Below the pieces are notes generated by a model. That model was not told where the DNA came from. It did not search any database and saw only the letters and a list, made by a program, of their open reading frames with translations. A DNA stretch of 60,054 bases, the filler included, from an uncultured delta proteobacterium (lineage in GTDB: Bacteria; Desulfobacterota; Desulfobacteria; Desulfobacterales; SG8-13): assembly GCA_963848135.1 (NCBI GenBank). It is 2 parts of 2 records of this genome, joined end to end, with 100 filler letters (N's around TTAATTAATTAA, not from the genome) between each part and the next. Parts side by side here need not be neighbours in the genome. Positions count along the whole stretch, not along the records: positions 29,441 to 60,054 come from CAWKCK010000014.1; 1 more part is not named here. One strand, given 5' to 3'. Both the position numbers and the translations under genes were made by a program. Below are positions 32,196-41,878 of this stretch, one piece after another (positions within the stretch are counted from its first letter, which is position 1; every line of letters begins with the position of its first letter).

Positions 32196-33308
32196 TTACT
32201 TCTTTATTTGAACATTGGCGGCAGCGATGTGCTTTACAGCTGTCACGGCATCCCGGACGGCCGTGAAAATTAAGTTGGAATGTTTCCTTTCTTTGAAATT
32301 GCCCTCTTCCTGGATTTCAATGTAGGCCGGGCTGATGGCGCCACCGATGGCGTAAATGCCTTTGATGCTGGTCTGAAAGTCAGTGGTCAACATGATCAGG
32401 CGATCACCGGTCTTACCGATTCGACAAACCCCCTCGGTGCAGGTGATTTGCTGTAGTCCGAGTCGGTCGTAAACCGGCGAAGGCCCCTGGGTGCCGATGC
32501 AGGCAATTACGTGCTTCATGGGAAAACTCATTCCCTGCTGCAGTTCGACACCACCGCCAAGAGGCAATTCCTGGGTCTGAATAATCAGCCGATCCACGCC
32601 CTCGTCATCCACCTCGCCGATCTTGGGAATAGCCCCCTGCAGAATCTTGATGTTTCCCCCTAGCAGAATCTCTTCCCCCAGATCCCGTGCCACATCCTTG
32701 TTTATTTTGAAATTTTCCGCACGGTTGCCCCAGTAAACCGGGGTGAAATCTTCCGCGGAGCGTTTGGCCTTCGAGAGGGTCGAAACGACGTCTGCGGCGG
32801 CATTGCCGCCCCCCAAGACGAGGGTGGGTGCCCCGAGGTGATCATCCGGATTGTCCAATTTCCTGGCAACCGTTTTGGCCTCACCGTATACCCCGAGATC
32901 CACCGGAATATTGCTGCCGAAGGCCAATATAACGTGGGCGGCCAGGTACTGATTCTCCTGGGTAACAACGGTATAACCACCTTGACTTTTTGAAATTGTG
33001 GTGAACTCTTCTCCCAGGCGGATGTCGATCCTGTGCTTTTTGATGCTCGCCTCGATCTTTGCAAGGTATTCCTCAACCGGTCTATTGGTTCCATCAGGCG
33101 TGAGATCTTCGAAAGGAAATGGACCGGATTCTCCCTTAGGAATAGTCGGGTATACTTTCTTTCCCCGGGGGTATGAATCGATGATTCCCTGGAAGACCCT
33201 GGGGCCTTTTTCCAAAAGAACATAGCTAAGACCGAATTCAACAGCTTTCAAAGCACAGGCCAAGCCGCCAGGGCCCGCTCCGATGATGGCAATGTCGTAT
33301 GCTGCCAT
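32196..33308 (-). CDS. Thioredoxin-reductase-like NAD(P)/FAD oxidoreductase
   Basis: GAGPGG and GGGNAA motifs. Confidence 0.82.
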   Translation of the reverse strand: MAAYDIAIIGAGPGGLACALKAVEFGLSYVLLEKGPRVFQGIIDSYPRGKKVYPTIPKGESGPFPFEDLTPDGTNRPVEEYLAKIEASIKKHRIDIRLGEEFTTISKSQGGYTVVTQENQYLAAHVILAFGSNIPVDLGVYGEAKTVARKLDNPDDHLGAPTLVLGGGNAAADVVSTLSKAKRSAEDFTPVYWGNRAENFKINKDVARDLGEEILLGGNIKILQGAIPKIGEVDDEGVDRLIIQTQELPLGGGVELQQGMSFPMKHVIACIGTQGPSPVYDRLGLQQITCTEGVCRIGKTGDRLIMLTTDFQTSIKGIYAIGGAISPAYIEIQEEGNFKERKHSNLIFTAVRDAVTAVKHIAAANVQIKK

Positions 33309-33454
33309 GGTGGGTTCCTCCCCTTGATCGATGCTAATTTGAGTTTCGCATGCCCCGCACCTGCACGCAAGGGGTTTGTGTCAAACAGGCGTCTCTCGAT
33401 AATAAATGACATTACGGTATTAGAGTGAGTTTCGTGGGGGGGGGACAGGGGCAT

Positions 33455-33635
33455 TTCACCGGAAAACTGATGGTGCTGAGGATACAAGCGGTGTTGAGAA
33501 TGCAAGTTTCGCCGGGATAAATTTCATTCAGTGTGATTCCCCGAACGGTTTCACCGATTTTGTAAACACGTATTTCCCCGGACAGAACGAAAGCAATACC
33601 AGGGCATCTGTCGCCTTCAAGATAGAGTTGGGTAT
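33455..33635 (-). pseudogene. Crp/Fnr regulator remnant
   Basis: In-frame YLEGDRCPGIAFVLSGEIRVYKIGET...PGETCILN. Confidence 0.7.
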
Positions 33636-33696
33636 AATAGAAAAAGGACAGGAAAAAGTCGATAGTATTGTATCAACAAGTGACGGATTGCCGTCT

Positions 33697-33927
33697 TTAA
33701 ATATTGTAAAAGCGATTAAAAATATCCTCTACGATCCTTATGGGTTGGTTGGCGTATAATTGCGGTTGTTTGGTTACCAATACGAGCTGATCGAAACACT
33801 CTTCCAGGACGCTCAAGATCCGGTCAAAAAACGATCGCCCGCCGAGCTCGAGGAAGGCCCTGTTGCGTCCGCCCATGCGGCTGTTCAACCGACCGGAAAG
33901 TATGATTCCCGCACAGGTGGTTTGCAT
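33697..33927 (-). pseudogene. mobA: Truncated MobA
   Basis: Same 76-aa truncation as copy 1, plus G>R in the GG loop. Confidence 0.8.
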
Positions 33928-33992
33928 AAAAAAGGCCTCGAACCGGTAGATTATTTAAGAGTGTAACGCCGGATCGAATCCGCCGCCCAGCA

Positions 33993-35204
33993 TCATTTCA
34001 ACAGTTGGACACCTACCGTCGCACCGTCTTCATAGCGGCTAACACCTTCCGGTATCAGTAAAAGCGCCTCGGCGGCGGCAATGTTTTTCAAGCGGCTGAT
34101 ATCTTCCGTCGGAGAGAATATACTTTGACCATCTTTCCGATTCAAACATCCGAAAATCGCCTGGGTCCAGTCCGTTTGCCCCTCGATCGTTTGGTCCAAT
34201 TGAGCTTGAACTCTGGGAAGATACACATCAGGGTGGCCACAGAGTTTCCGCAGGGCCGGCAGAACGATCTGAAGAAAGGCTACCAGATTGGACGGCGGTC
34301 CTCCCGGCAATATGAACACGGGTTTGCCATTCAACAACCCAAATCCGACCGCTTTACCCGGTCCAAGCCGAACGTGATGGTACGATTTTTCCCACCCCAA
34401 ATTGTCCAGAACCCGGACCATGAGATCCCGGTCTCCAGTCCACGCTCCACCGCTGGTGACCAGGGCGTCGTTTCCCTCTATCGCACGCTTTATGGTTTTC
34501 TCGAGTTGGTTTATATCATCGGGTACATGAAACACTTCGGAAATCAACCCGTAGCGGTGGCACCAGCCATTTAACGTCAACAAGTTGCTCGCATATATTT
34601 TCCCGTCGCAGGGAACGCTTCCGGGCAACATGATTTCATCTCCCGAAGCAATAAGGGCCACTGTCGGCGGATAAAACACATGAAGGTTTGCAATCCCTCC
34701 GGCCGCGAGCAAACCGATCCTCCCAGGGGTAAGAGATGTCCCCGCGGATACGACGAGATCTCCTCGGACAACATCGCTGCCCATTGGAAGAATGTTTCGG
34801 CCGACGAATTCAGGTTCTGTAATACGTATACTACTGCCAGAAATAGTAACGAATTCTTCGGCTATGACCGTGTCGGCACCTTCCGGAATCTGGGCGCCGG
34901 TGAGGATCCTCACGGTTGTTCCGGGTTGCACCGCTATTTCAGTTGCCTCCCCTGCCGCCAGCATGCCGCAAAGGACGAGATCCACGGGTGTCTTATCTGT
35001 TGCATCGCGGGTATCGGCCACCCGGATGGCATAGCCGTCCTTCATGGAAACGTTCGCCGAAGGCGAATCGACTTCGGACACCGCATCACTGGCCGTCACC
35101 AGCCCGGTACACTCCATGAGAGAAACAAGTGTTTTGGTCGGTTCGGGCATGCGGTTGAACGTACGCTCGAGGGCCTCCTGCAACCCTATAAAACCATTCC
35201 TCAA
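33993..35204 (-). CDS. moeA: Molybdopterin molybdotransferase
   Basis: 403 aa; DGYA, TGAQIPEGADTV, SGDE, TSGG, PGK motifs. Confidence 0.9.
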   Translation of the reverse strand: MRNGFIGLQEALERTFNRMPEPTKTLVSLMECTGLVTASDAVSEVDSPSANVSMKDGYAIRVADTRDATDKTPVDLVLCGMLAAGEATEIAVQPGTTVRILTGAQIPEGADTVIAEEFVTISGSSIRITEPEFVGRNILPMGSDVVRGDLVVSAGTSLTPGRIGLLAAGGIANLHVFYPPTVALIASGDEIMLPGSVPCDGKIYASNLLTLNGWCHRYGLISEVFHVPDDINQLEKTIKRAIEGNDALVTSGGAWTGDRDLMVRVLDNLGWEKSYHHVRLGPGKAVGFGLLNGKPVFILPGGPPSNLVAFLQIVLPALRKLCGHPDVYLPRVQAQLDQTIEGQTDWTQAIFGCLNRKDGQSIFSPTEDISRLKNIAAAEALLLIPEGVSRYEDGATVGVQLLK

Positions 35205-35309
35205 TTCAGAACTCCATTTTCATTTTCAGACATATAAAAACCTATCACGATTTGTTTACGATCATTTAGGGTAAAAAAATTCTTGAGCATAACAGAATCG
35301 CCCTGATGG

Positions 35310-36242
35310 TCAGGCAGACATCGCCTCTGAATATTCAGCGCAGCATATTGAAAAATCGTTCATTCCGGCTCTATTGACTCGCGTCACGTCACTGTCGAAA
35401 TCGAAGAGAGCATCCACCTCTTCGATCCAGCGGGTATAGGCTAGCCGGTTGGCCTGCTCCAGGCGCACGAAGAAAGTGCGATCGACAATTCCTTTTTGGA
35501 CGGCATGTTCTTTCAGCCGACGAATGATTTCACGTCCATCAACCATCTGGCTGCAGGCATCGGTACATCGCCCGCAGTCAAGGCACAACCAGATGGCCGG
35601 ATCATTTAGCAATTCATCTATCAAGCCCAGGTTGAACATTCGAAACAAGGTGCGCGGATCGAACACGCTTCTTTCGCATGCAGCCGGGCAAGCACTGCTG
35701 CATTCACCGCATGTAAAGCACGCCATCGCTCTTGCTGGATCTATGTCTTTGAAACGGCTGATCGAATAGTTCTTAGGTATTTTTGCTCGAGATTTCTTAA
35801 TTGGCGTAAGCAGCCAATGGCACCATTGCCGATCCGAAATCGAATTCAACTCTCCTCGGAGCACGCTGCCAACAATATGATTTCGAACCCGTTGGAAACG
35901 CTCGAACAGCATTCTGTAAGAACGATACCTCTCGATGGAGATCAGGTTTCTTTCCAATGCGATCCGGCGTATGTGGGAAATGAGCTCTGAAGGCTGTACA
36001 GTGTTGGGGCAAATCTGACGGCACCGCCGACAGCTCTGGCAATACCAGGTGGCAGGTTCGTGGAGCAACTCCTCAATCATACCGAAATTCGCCATCCGCA
36101 CCAGTTTCTGAGGCCGCAGTTTGCCAGTAGCTATATTGACCGGACATTCGAAATCACAAGAACCGCAAGTCCAGCAGCGATTAATATCGGCTTTGGCCCC
36201 TTGATCGATAAATTTTCTTAAGCCGGCATCGGGTGTCAACAT
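35310..36242 (-). CDS. HdrC-like tandem 4Fe-4S dicluster protein
   Basis: Four CxxCxxCxxxC motifs. Confidence 0.75.
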   Translation of the reverse strand: MLTPDAGLRKFIDQGAKADINRCWTCGSCDFECPVNIATGKLRPQKLVRMANFGMIEELLHEPATWYCQSCRRCRQICPNTVQPSELISHIRRIALERNLISIERYRSYRMLFERFQRVRNHIVGSVLRGELNSISDRQWCHWLLTPIKKSRAKIPKNYSISRFKDIDPARAMACFTCGECSSACPAACERSVFDPRTLFRMFNLGLIDELLNDPAIWLCLDCGRCTDACSQMVDGREIIRRLKEHAVQKGIVDRTFFVRLEQANRLAYTRWIEEVDALFDFDSDVTRVNRAGMNDFSICCAEYSEAMSA

Positions 36243-36413
36243 CGATTTCAAGTCTCCAAATTTGAGTAGTATCGGCGCTATTGTCCTCCGCTCACCCTTG
36301 ATTATCAAGCAGGTGTGTCATCCTTTTATTCTTAATGCGTTTAAATTTTAGGTTCTTCTCCGATTTAGCTGGTGTAAATGATGCGAAGCTCATGCAAGGA
36401 TCATAGCTTTTTT

Positions 36414-36617
36414 AATTGGCCACCCGCTCACTTCGCTCGCTCGACAGACGCTGACGAACACAGACTTTTGCCTCCGCGACCTGCGGAGGCAAAACAAGCA
36501 GTCGCTGCGCGAGGTTATCCGCTTTTCTGCCTGAAAGGCATGCATTTTTTGCCCGGGCAAGTCGCCCGGGTAAAAAGGGTTTGTCTGCGTTATGTCAGCG
36601 TGCGTCTGCGGTTAATT
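36414..36617. repeat. Composite palindromic element with two inverted hairpins (copy 2 only)
   Basis: Hairpins 36466-36494 (loop GACCT) and 36546-36576 (loop AAGTC) within outer arms CAGACGC/GCGTCTG. Confidence 0.75.
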
Positions 36618-36739
36618 TATACACTTATTTTAATAAGATATGAATCATTTGCCCGCAAAAACTACCAACTTTATTGGAGATGATCCAAATTTTATTGCAC
36701 GACCCCCCTGCAGTCAAAATGTAAGGAGAACAAAAAAAA

Positions 36740-37043
36740 TCACAAGAGATGGGTGAAATATTGCCATATATATTTCGCCGATACAGCAAAAACAATAGCT
36801 ACCAGGCTGGAAAAAATACCGCAGAACGCCACCGGGAGTGCCCACAACATTATAGAGCAAATTGGTCGAACTGACCGCGGGTGATACAAAACCGAGAACG
36901 CTGACCTGAAACGGACGCAGCAGAAAAGCACCTGAAACGCCGGTCATCGAAGTAAAAAATGAGATGACAAACGCGGCGATCGGAGTAACCAAGGCGAATA
37001 TTTCAATTCCGGCTACGGGAAAATACATTTGCATATGCTCCAT
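36740..37043 (-). pseudogene. TauE/SafE exporter remnant with internal deletion
   Basis: N-terminus to ...GVLRYF joined out of frame to C-terminal ...AVSAKYIWQYF. Confidence 0.72.
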
Positions 37044-37108
37044 GAATTTCTCTCTATGCATTTTTACCGTCGGATCGGATGGGTTTTCGAGGCGGTGGGT
37101 GCAACTTC

Positions 37109-37711
37109 TCAGCTGCAAACAGCTTGTCTGCAGATGTTGTCCCTATGGAATTCCGGGAGCAGCCGTTCCAGGATGAAAGCGCAGAGTCCTTCAGCGTCGT
37201 CCGGCAAATACCGCGGAACACCCCAATTTAGTGGTGATCGACTGACGACCGCTACCAGATGTCGGTCACCCCTGCAGGCTGGTGCCTTTTGATTTTCCGG
37301 GCGAAAGACCTCGATTTTCGGCAATTCGGCTCTTTTGAATCCTTCCACCAGAACGATGTCCATCCCTCGCAGCAAAGGCAGCAATTCCAGCGGATGGTGG
37401 TCATGGTCAACATCCATGACCATTCCGATCTGTTTCGGCGACGTCACGATGGTCGTAGCGGCACCGGCCCGCTTGTGACGCCAGCTGTCTTTGCCGGGTT
37501 GATCCATGTCGAATCCATGGACATCGTGTTTGATGGTTCCCACCTTTAGTCCGCGACGCCTCAGAGCAGCGATCAGATCGACTGTCACCGTCGTTTTGCC
37601 AGAACCGGAAAATCCGACAATACACAACACCGGTGGCAACTTTTCGCGGCTGACAGTCGAAATATCGATAGGATCATCATTTTTCGTACAAGAGACGATT
37701 TTCATCCTCAT
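37109..37711 (-). CDS. mobB: Molybdopterin-guanine dinucleotide biosynthesis protein B
   Basis: GFSGSGKTT, DQPGKDSWRH. Confidence 0.92.
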   Translation of the reverse strand: MRMKIVSCTKNDDPIDISTVSREKLPPVLCIVGFSGSGKTTVTVDLIAALRRRGLKVGTIKHDVHGFDMDQPGKDSWRHKRAGAATTIVTSPKQIGMVMDVDHDHHPLELLPLLRGMDIVLVEGFKRAELPKIEVFRPENQKAPACRGDRHLVAVVSRSPLNWGVPRYLPDDAEGLCAFILERLLPEFHRDNICRQAVCS

Positions 37712-38703
37712 CCTCCAATAGCGTACATACCGCGATCGTGTGGTGGTTTCCGACTCTGCCGGTCCATCTCGTTTCGTCTGGGTTTATTGGCAACGGCGTT
37801 GCTGATCATAGTAATCAACTCCCGCCGGTCGGCACCGCGGCGCAGCGGCGTTTTGACGTCGATCTCATCCCTTGAAAAAAGGCAGGTACGGATTTTTCCG
37901 TCAGCCGTCAGGCGCAAACGGTTGCACGAACCACAAAAGTGCCAGCTCAACGGTGCAATAAAACCGATCTTGCCAGCAGCCCCCGGAAGCCTGCAGAGTC
38001 GCGCCGGACCGTTTTGGTTACCGGACAAGTCGATGCAGGCGCGATCGATTCCGGGAATCCGCTCCATAATTTCCCGGATCGGCATGTAGAGTTTTGCGTA
38101 CTGGGAGTTGCCGCCGCTTCGAAATGGCATCAATTCGATAAACCGCACCTGAAAAGGCTTTTCAAAAGTGAGACGCGCGAGGTCGGCGACCTCGTCGGAA
38201 TTGACACCGCGCATGACCACCGTGTTGATCTTGATCGGATCAAAGCCGATCGCTTCGGCGCGTACGATTCCCTCCAACACCATTCCGAGTGCATCCTTGC
38301 CGGTAATCTTCCTGAAACGATCCCGTTTCAGGGTGTCAAGGCTGACATTTATTCTCCGCACCCCGGCCCGATAGAGGTCTTCGGCCAACTCTACGAGCCG
38401 AATGCCGTTGGTCGTCATCGCCAGATCGGTAAGTCCCTGGATACCGGAAAGCATCCTGCAAAACTCAATAACGCCTCGGCGCATAAGCGGCTCGCCCCCG
38501 GTAATTCGGATCTTCGATATCCCGGCAGCCACAGCGGCTTCAGCCAGCCTGGCCAATTCTTCATAAGTCAGGATTTCCGAACGGTCCAGCCGGGGGTGGC
38601 CTGAAAAGGGCGGCGAGCAGTAACTGCAGCTCAGGTTGCAGAAATCGGTAATCGAAATCCGAAGATAATCGATTTTTCTCCCGTAAGGATCGACTAAGGC
38701 CAT
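37708..38703 (-). CDS. moaA: GTP 3',8-cyclase
   Basis: YLRISITDFCNLSCSYC, TGGEP, CGSCNRLRLTADG, C-terminal IGG. Confidence 0.95.
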   Translation of the reverse strand: MALVDPYGRKIDYLRISITDFCNLSCSYCSPPFSGHPRLDRSEILTYEELARLAEAAVAAGISKIRITGGEPLMRRGVIEFCRMLSGIQGLTDLAMTTNGIRLVELAEDLYRAGVRRINVSLDTLKRDRFRKITGKDALGMVLEGIVRAEAIGFDPIKINTVVMRGVNSDEVADLARLTFEKPFQVRFIELMPFRSGGNSQYAKLYMPIREIMERIPGIDRACIDLSGNQNGPARLCRLPGAAGKIGFIAPLSWHFCGSCNRLRLTADGKIRTCLFSRDEIDVKTPLRRGADRRELITMISNAVANKPRRNEMDRQSRKPPHDRGMYAIGG

Positions 38704-38818
38704 CGCGGTTCACTATCCTTCATTAGAACCCATCTCAAAAATATTCTAAGATCCCATGGCTGTGTTACGAACCGGCTCAAAATGCTCACATACCGCTTGT
38801 ATGTTTAATCTTTTTATC

Positions 38819-39108
38819 TATATGAGCCCTCGGGGAGTATTCACTATCCGGTAGCGGAGGGAATAATCAGCGACTTCAACGCGCAAACTCATGCATAAGG
38901 CAACCTAAGGAAAGAACAGATTTCATAATGATATAAAACTGTTGAGCTCAGTTCAATTATTGTGATCCGACTCTGATAACCGGGGTTCCCGCTGTTCTTT
39001 CCCAAAGTTGCCTAATGCATTCGGACAGTGCACGCTTTCGCTGCTGATCACTCCCTCCGCTCTGGTTCAGCATTTGCGGGAAAAACTCCCCGGCCCCTGA
39101 TCTATATA
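38819..39108. repeat. Long imperfect inverted repeat upstream of moaA
   Basis: Arms 38819-38919 and 38992-39108. Confidence 0.7.
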
Positions 39109-39122
39109 CAATGTTCTTCTAG

Positions 39123-40157
39123 TTACAGTCCCTTACCAAACGGGCAGAGAGGATAAGCACACTCCGGGCAATCCTTGCACAGGCCGCCGTGGCCGAAAAA
39201 TGCCAGCTCTTTCTTGCCAACCTTTTCTCCAGACAGAATCCGCGGTAAAACCAAGTCCAGCACGGTGATGCGGTGGTGGAGCCCACAAGCCGGCACGCCT
39301 ATAAGCGGTATTTCCCCTCCGATATATGCCGTCAGAAACATGGCACCGGGCAGAGCTGCTGCTCCGTAGTAAACTTCATCGGCTCCAACGCGTCTGATCG
39401 CCGTGCGGGTGACATCGTCGGGATCGACACTCATGCCGCCGCTTAACAGCAGTAAATCGCAGCCTTTGTCCAGCAGAGTGCGGATAGCTTCTATTATCAT
39501 TTCAACATCATCCGGGGCGAAGACAATCTCGATCACTTCAGACCCAAGGTCGGTTATCTTGGCGCTGAGTATCGGGGCGAATTTATCTTCGATCAACCCC
39601 TGATAGACTTCACCGCCGGTGATCACCAAACCGGCTTTGGCTTTGCGCAATGAATTGACGGATACGACCCCGCCGTGCTGAGCGGCTATGGCTGCCGCTC
39701 GTTCGATCGGCGCGCGCTTCATGATAAGTGGTATCGCCCGGGTGGCCGCTACCAATTCGCCCTTCTTGACCAGCGTGTGGCTGTGGAGGGTCGCGCACAT
39801 CACCTCGTCCACCATGTTGAAAGCAGCTAAAGCTGCCGTATCTACCGATAGCAAACCGTCGAAGGCTGCATGCAGGCCGATCTTGCCTTCCTTCGGATCG
39901 TCTCGCCACACGATTCCCCGTCCGGCCAATCTTTTGGCCAGTAACGAAGCCGCCTGGTTTTCATGGATCTCGTCATCTTCAAGGTCGATGAGATAAAGGT
40001 GGTTTTTTCCGAGTTTTTGAAGATGGCAGATGTCATCATTGCATACCGTATGGCCTTTGCGGAAGGCCGGGCCTTTGAACTCACCGGGACGTATTTCGGT
40101 AATGTCGTGGGCCAGCTCGATGCCTATGGCATTTTTGACGTCAATTTTTTTCAACAC
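39123..40157 (-). CDS. Molybdopterin-binding protein (MoeA-like)
   Basis: GGMSVDPDD, LPGAM, C-terminal Cys cluster. Confidence 0.82.
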   Translation of the reverse strand: MLKKIDVKNAIGIELAHDITEIRPGEFKGPAFRKGHTVCNDDICHLQKLGKNHLYLIDLEDDEIHENQAASLLAKRLAGRGIVWRDDPKEGKIGLHAAFDGLLSVDTAALAAFNMVDEVMCATLHSHTLVKKGELVAATRAIPLIMKRAPIERAAAIAAQHGGVVSVNSLRKAKAGLVITGGEVYQGLIEDKFAPILSAKITDLGSEVIEIVFAPDDVEMIIEAIRTLLDKGCDLLLLSGGMSVDPDDVTRTAIRRVGADEVYYGAAALPGAMFLTAYIGGEIPLIGVPACGLHHRITVLDLVLPRILSGEKVGKKELAFFGHGGLCKDCPECAYPLCPFGKGL

Positions 40158-40191
40158 GGCTGTTCTCCTCGTTACGAAAGTACTCAGTGCA

Positions 40192-40349
40192 GTAATCCTT
40201 CACAGGTCACCGCATCTGCTTTGTTGTCGGACACTTGAAGTACAAAAGTACGTCTGCGCGCCCGACGTCTTGCATCTGCGTCACCCTGTAAATGATTACA
40301 AATCTGTTGCTCGGTGAACATTGGACGTTGAAACCCCGTGAACGGCTAC
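40192..40349. mobile_element. 158-bp MITE-like insertion with 8-bp target duplication
   Basis: TCAGTGCA at 40184-40191 and 40350-40357; ends GTAATCCTTCAC/GTGAACGGCTAC; empty site in copy 1 at ~10821. Confidence 0.8.
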
Positions 40350-41036
40350 TCAGTGCATATTAACCGGCGGAAATACACTATGGTTGTTCTTTGTCGCTTG
40401 CCTCTGATTATCCTCTCCCGGTGTCCAGTTCATATCCGGCCAGGTCACTTCCCTTGCATGTGAAAAGTAGCAACCATCAGCGCAGGGTTTACAGAGGACA
40501 CGCCCATTTTCGATGACTTCGCGACAATCTCGAATGATCTGGCCGCATCGGCTGCATGCGACCTTACTTTTCGTCGGTCCCGGCATGTCGCAGGCATCGA
40601 GAGTCACCCGAACTTTCTGCACTCTGAACAGAACACTGTCGGGCATTCGGCGATAAGCCTCCAACTGCCGGGCCGATTGGTCTTCGATTTCTGGAGCATA
40701 CATAGCAGCCAGGCTGCGGGATTCTTCAGTAGAGAGGACCCGATAGGCCTTTGCGATTTCTAAATTCACGAAAGTGGCCGCCATGATCCCGTAATCCATA
40801 AACTTCAGGCTCCGGCGACCCAGTTTCACGCCGGTCACGTGGGCCACGGCATCGGCCGTGCAACGATCCACCTCCACATACACGATAAGCTTTTTGATTT
40901 GGTCCCGCCGGGTGGGCTCGGTCAGCCCGATCAAGCGGCACCCCAGCATGGCCATTCGCACGCCGACGACCTGGCCGGGGCAGAGATGGCCATGGGCGGC
41001 GGCGGATGAATCCAAGAGATTTTCGAAAGACTTCAC
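40350..41036 (-). CDS. FmdE family protein
   Basis: HGHLCPG; C-terminal zinc finger. Confidence 0.85.
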   Translation of the reverse strand: MKSFENLLDSSAAAHGHLCPGQVVGVRMAMLGCRLIGLTEPTRRDQIKKLIVYVEVDRCTADAVAHVTGVKLGRRSLKFMDYGIMAATFVNLEIAKAYRVLSTEESRSLAAMYAPEIEDQSARQLEAYRRMPDSVLFRVQKVRVTLDACDMPGPTKSKVACSRCGQIIRDCREVIENGRVLCKPCADGCYFSHAREVTWPDMNWTPGEDNQRQATKNNHSVFPPVNMH

Positions 41037-41145
41037 GAATGCTCCCTTTCCTTTCTCTCAGAAGGCCTCGGTCATTCAATGCCTTCGGTCTTGCCTCGAT
41101 CTCCACATGAAAGGGTAATCTCATCATTCATAGTTTAAGAAGAGT

Positions 41146-41796
41146 TTACCCGGAGATCACCTTGTACACTGATATCTCCTCAAGATCCTCTTGTATGAGG
41201 GTTCTCGTCGCCCTCGCCAGATTTTTGTAGAAATTCGTTTCGGCTTTCTCCTCAACGTGTTCTTGAAAATCGGATATCCATGCACCGAGGTGTTCGGCAT
41301 AGAATCGCCTGCGTTTCTCCATGTAATGACCGGACGCATGCATGTCGCTGTGACTGGCGGCCTCCAGCGACTTGAATATCAGAAAATGGACAAATTCAAG
41401 TTCCACAGCGATATGATCAGGGGCATCATGGAAATCACCTGAAATGTCCAGCCCTTCCTCTCTGTATCGGCTCACGACATCCAGAGTCGAATCGCCCATG
41501 ACCTTTCTCCCGCTCTCCATATAAACGGAACCATAGGGAGGCGCCAACATCCCGAACGGACCGACAAAAAGCCTGCTGAAATCCACCCTGAGGGAGTCGA
41601 TATCCCCCTCATCTTCAAAATGCTTTTCCATCTTGGCAATATAAGGAACCGCAGGAATACAGGCCTTTTTGATCCGGCTTTCAAGAACCTTCAACTTTAA
41701 AACCATCTCCTCATTCGGTGGACTGAAAAACTCGGACAACAGTCTGAATGCGTCTCCTTTTCCCACCTCGCGGTTAAAAAGATCCTCTTTTCCCAT
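41146..41796 (-). CDS. TorD/DmsD chaperone (ArrD-like)
   Basis: APPYGSVY, PDHIAVELEF. Confidence 0.9.
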   Translation of the reverse strand: MGKEDLFNREVGKGDAFRLLSEFFSPPNEEMVLKLKVLESRIKKACIPAVPYIAKMEKHFEDEGDIDSLRVDFSRLFVGPFGMLAPPYGSVYMESGRKVMGDSTLDVVSRYREEGLDISGDFHDAPDHIAVELEFVHFLIFKSLEAASHSDMHASGHYMEKRRRFYAEHLGAWISDFQEHVEEKAETNFYKNLARATRTLIQEDLEEISVYKVISG

Positions 41797-41878
41797 CTCT
41801 CACCCTTTCATCGTTTAAGGTGTCATCCCCTCAATCAGAAAGAGAAGGTCCAGACAATCGAGCAATCCACCCTCTTTA

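Noticed and set aside
38704..39122. Moco riboswitch upstream of moaA
   Set aside because: Consensus not recognisable by eye; a covariance-model search is needed.
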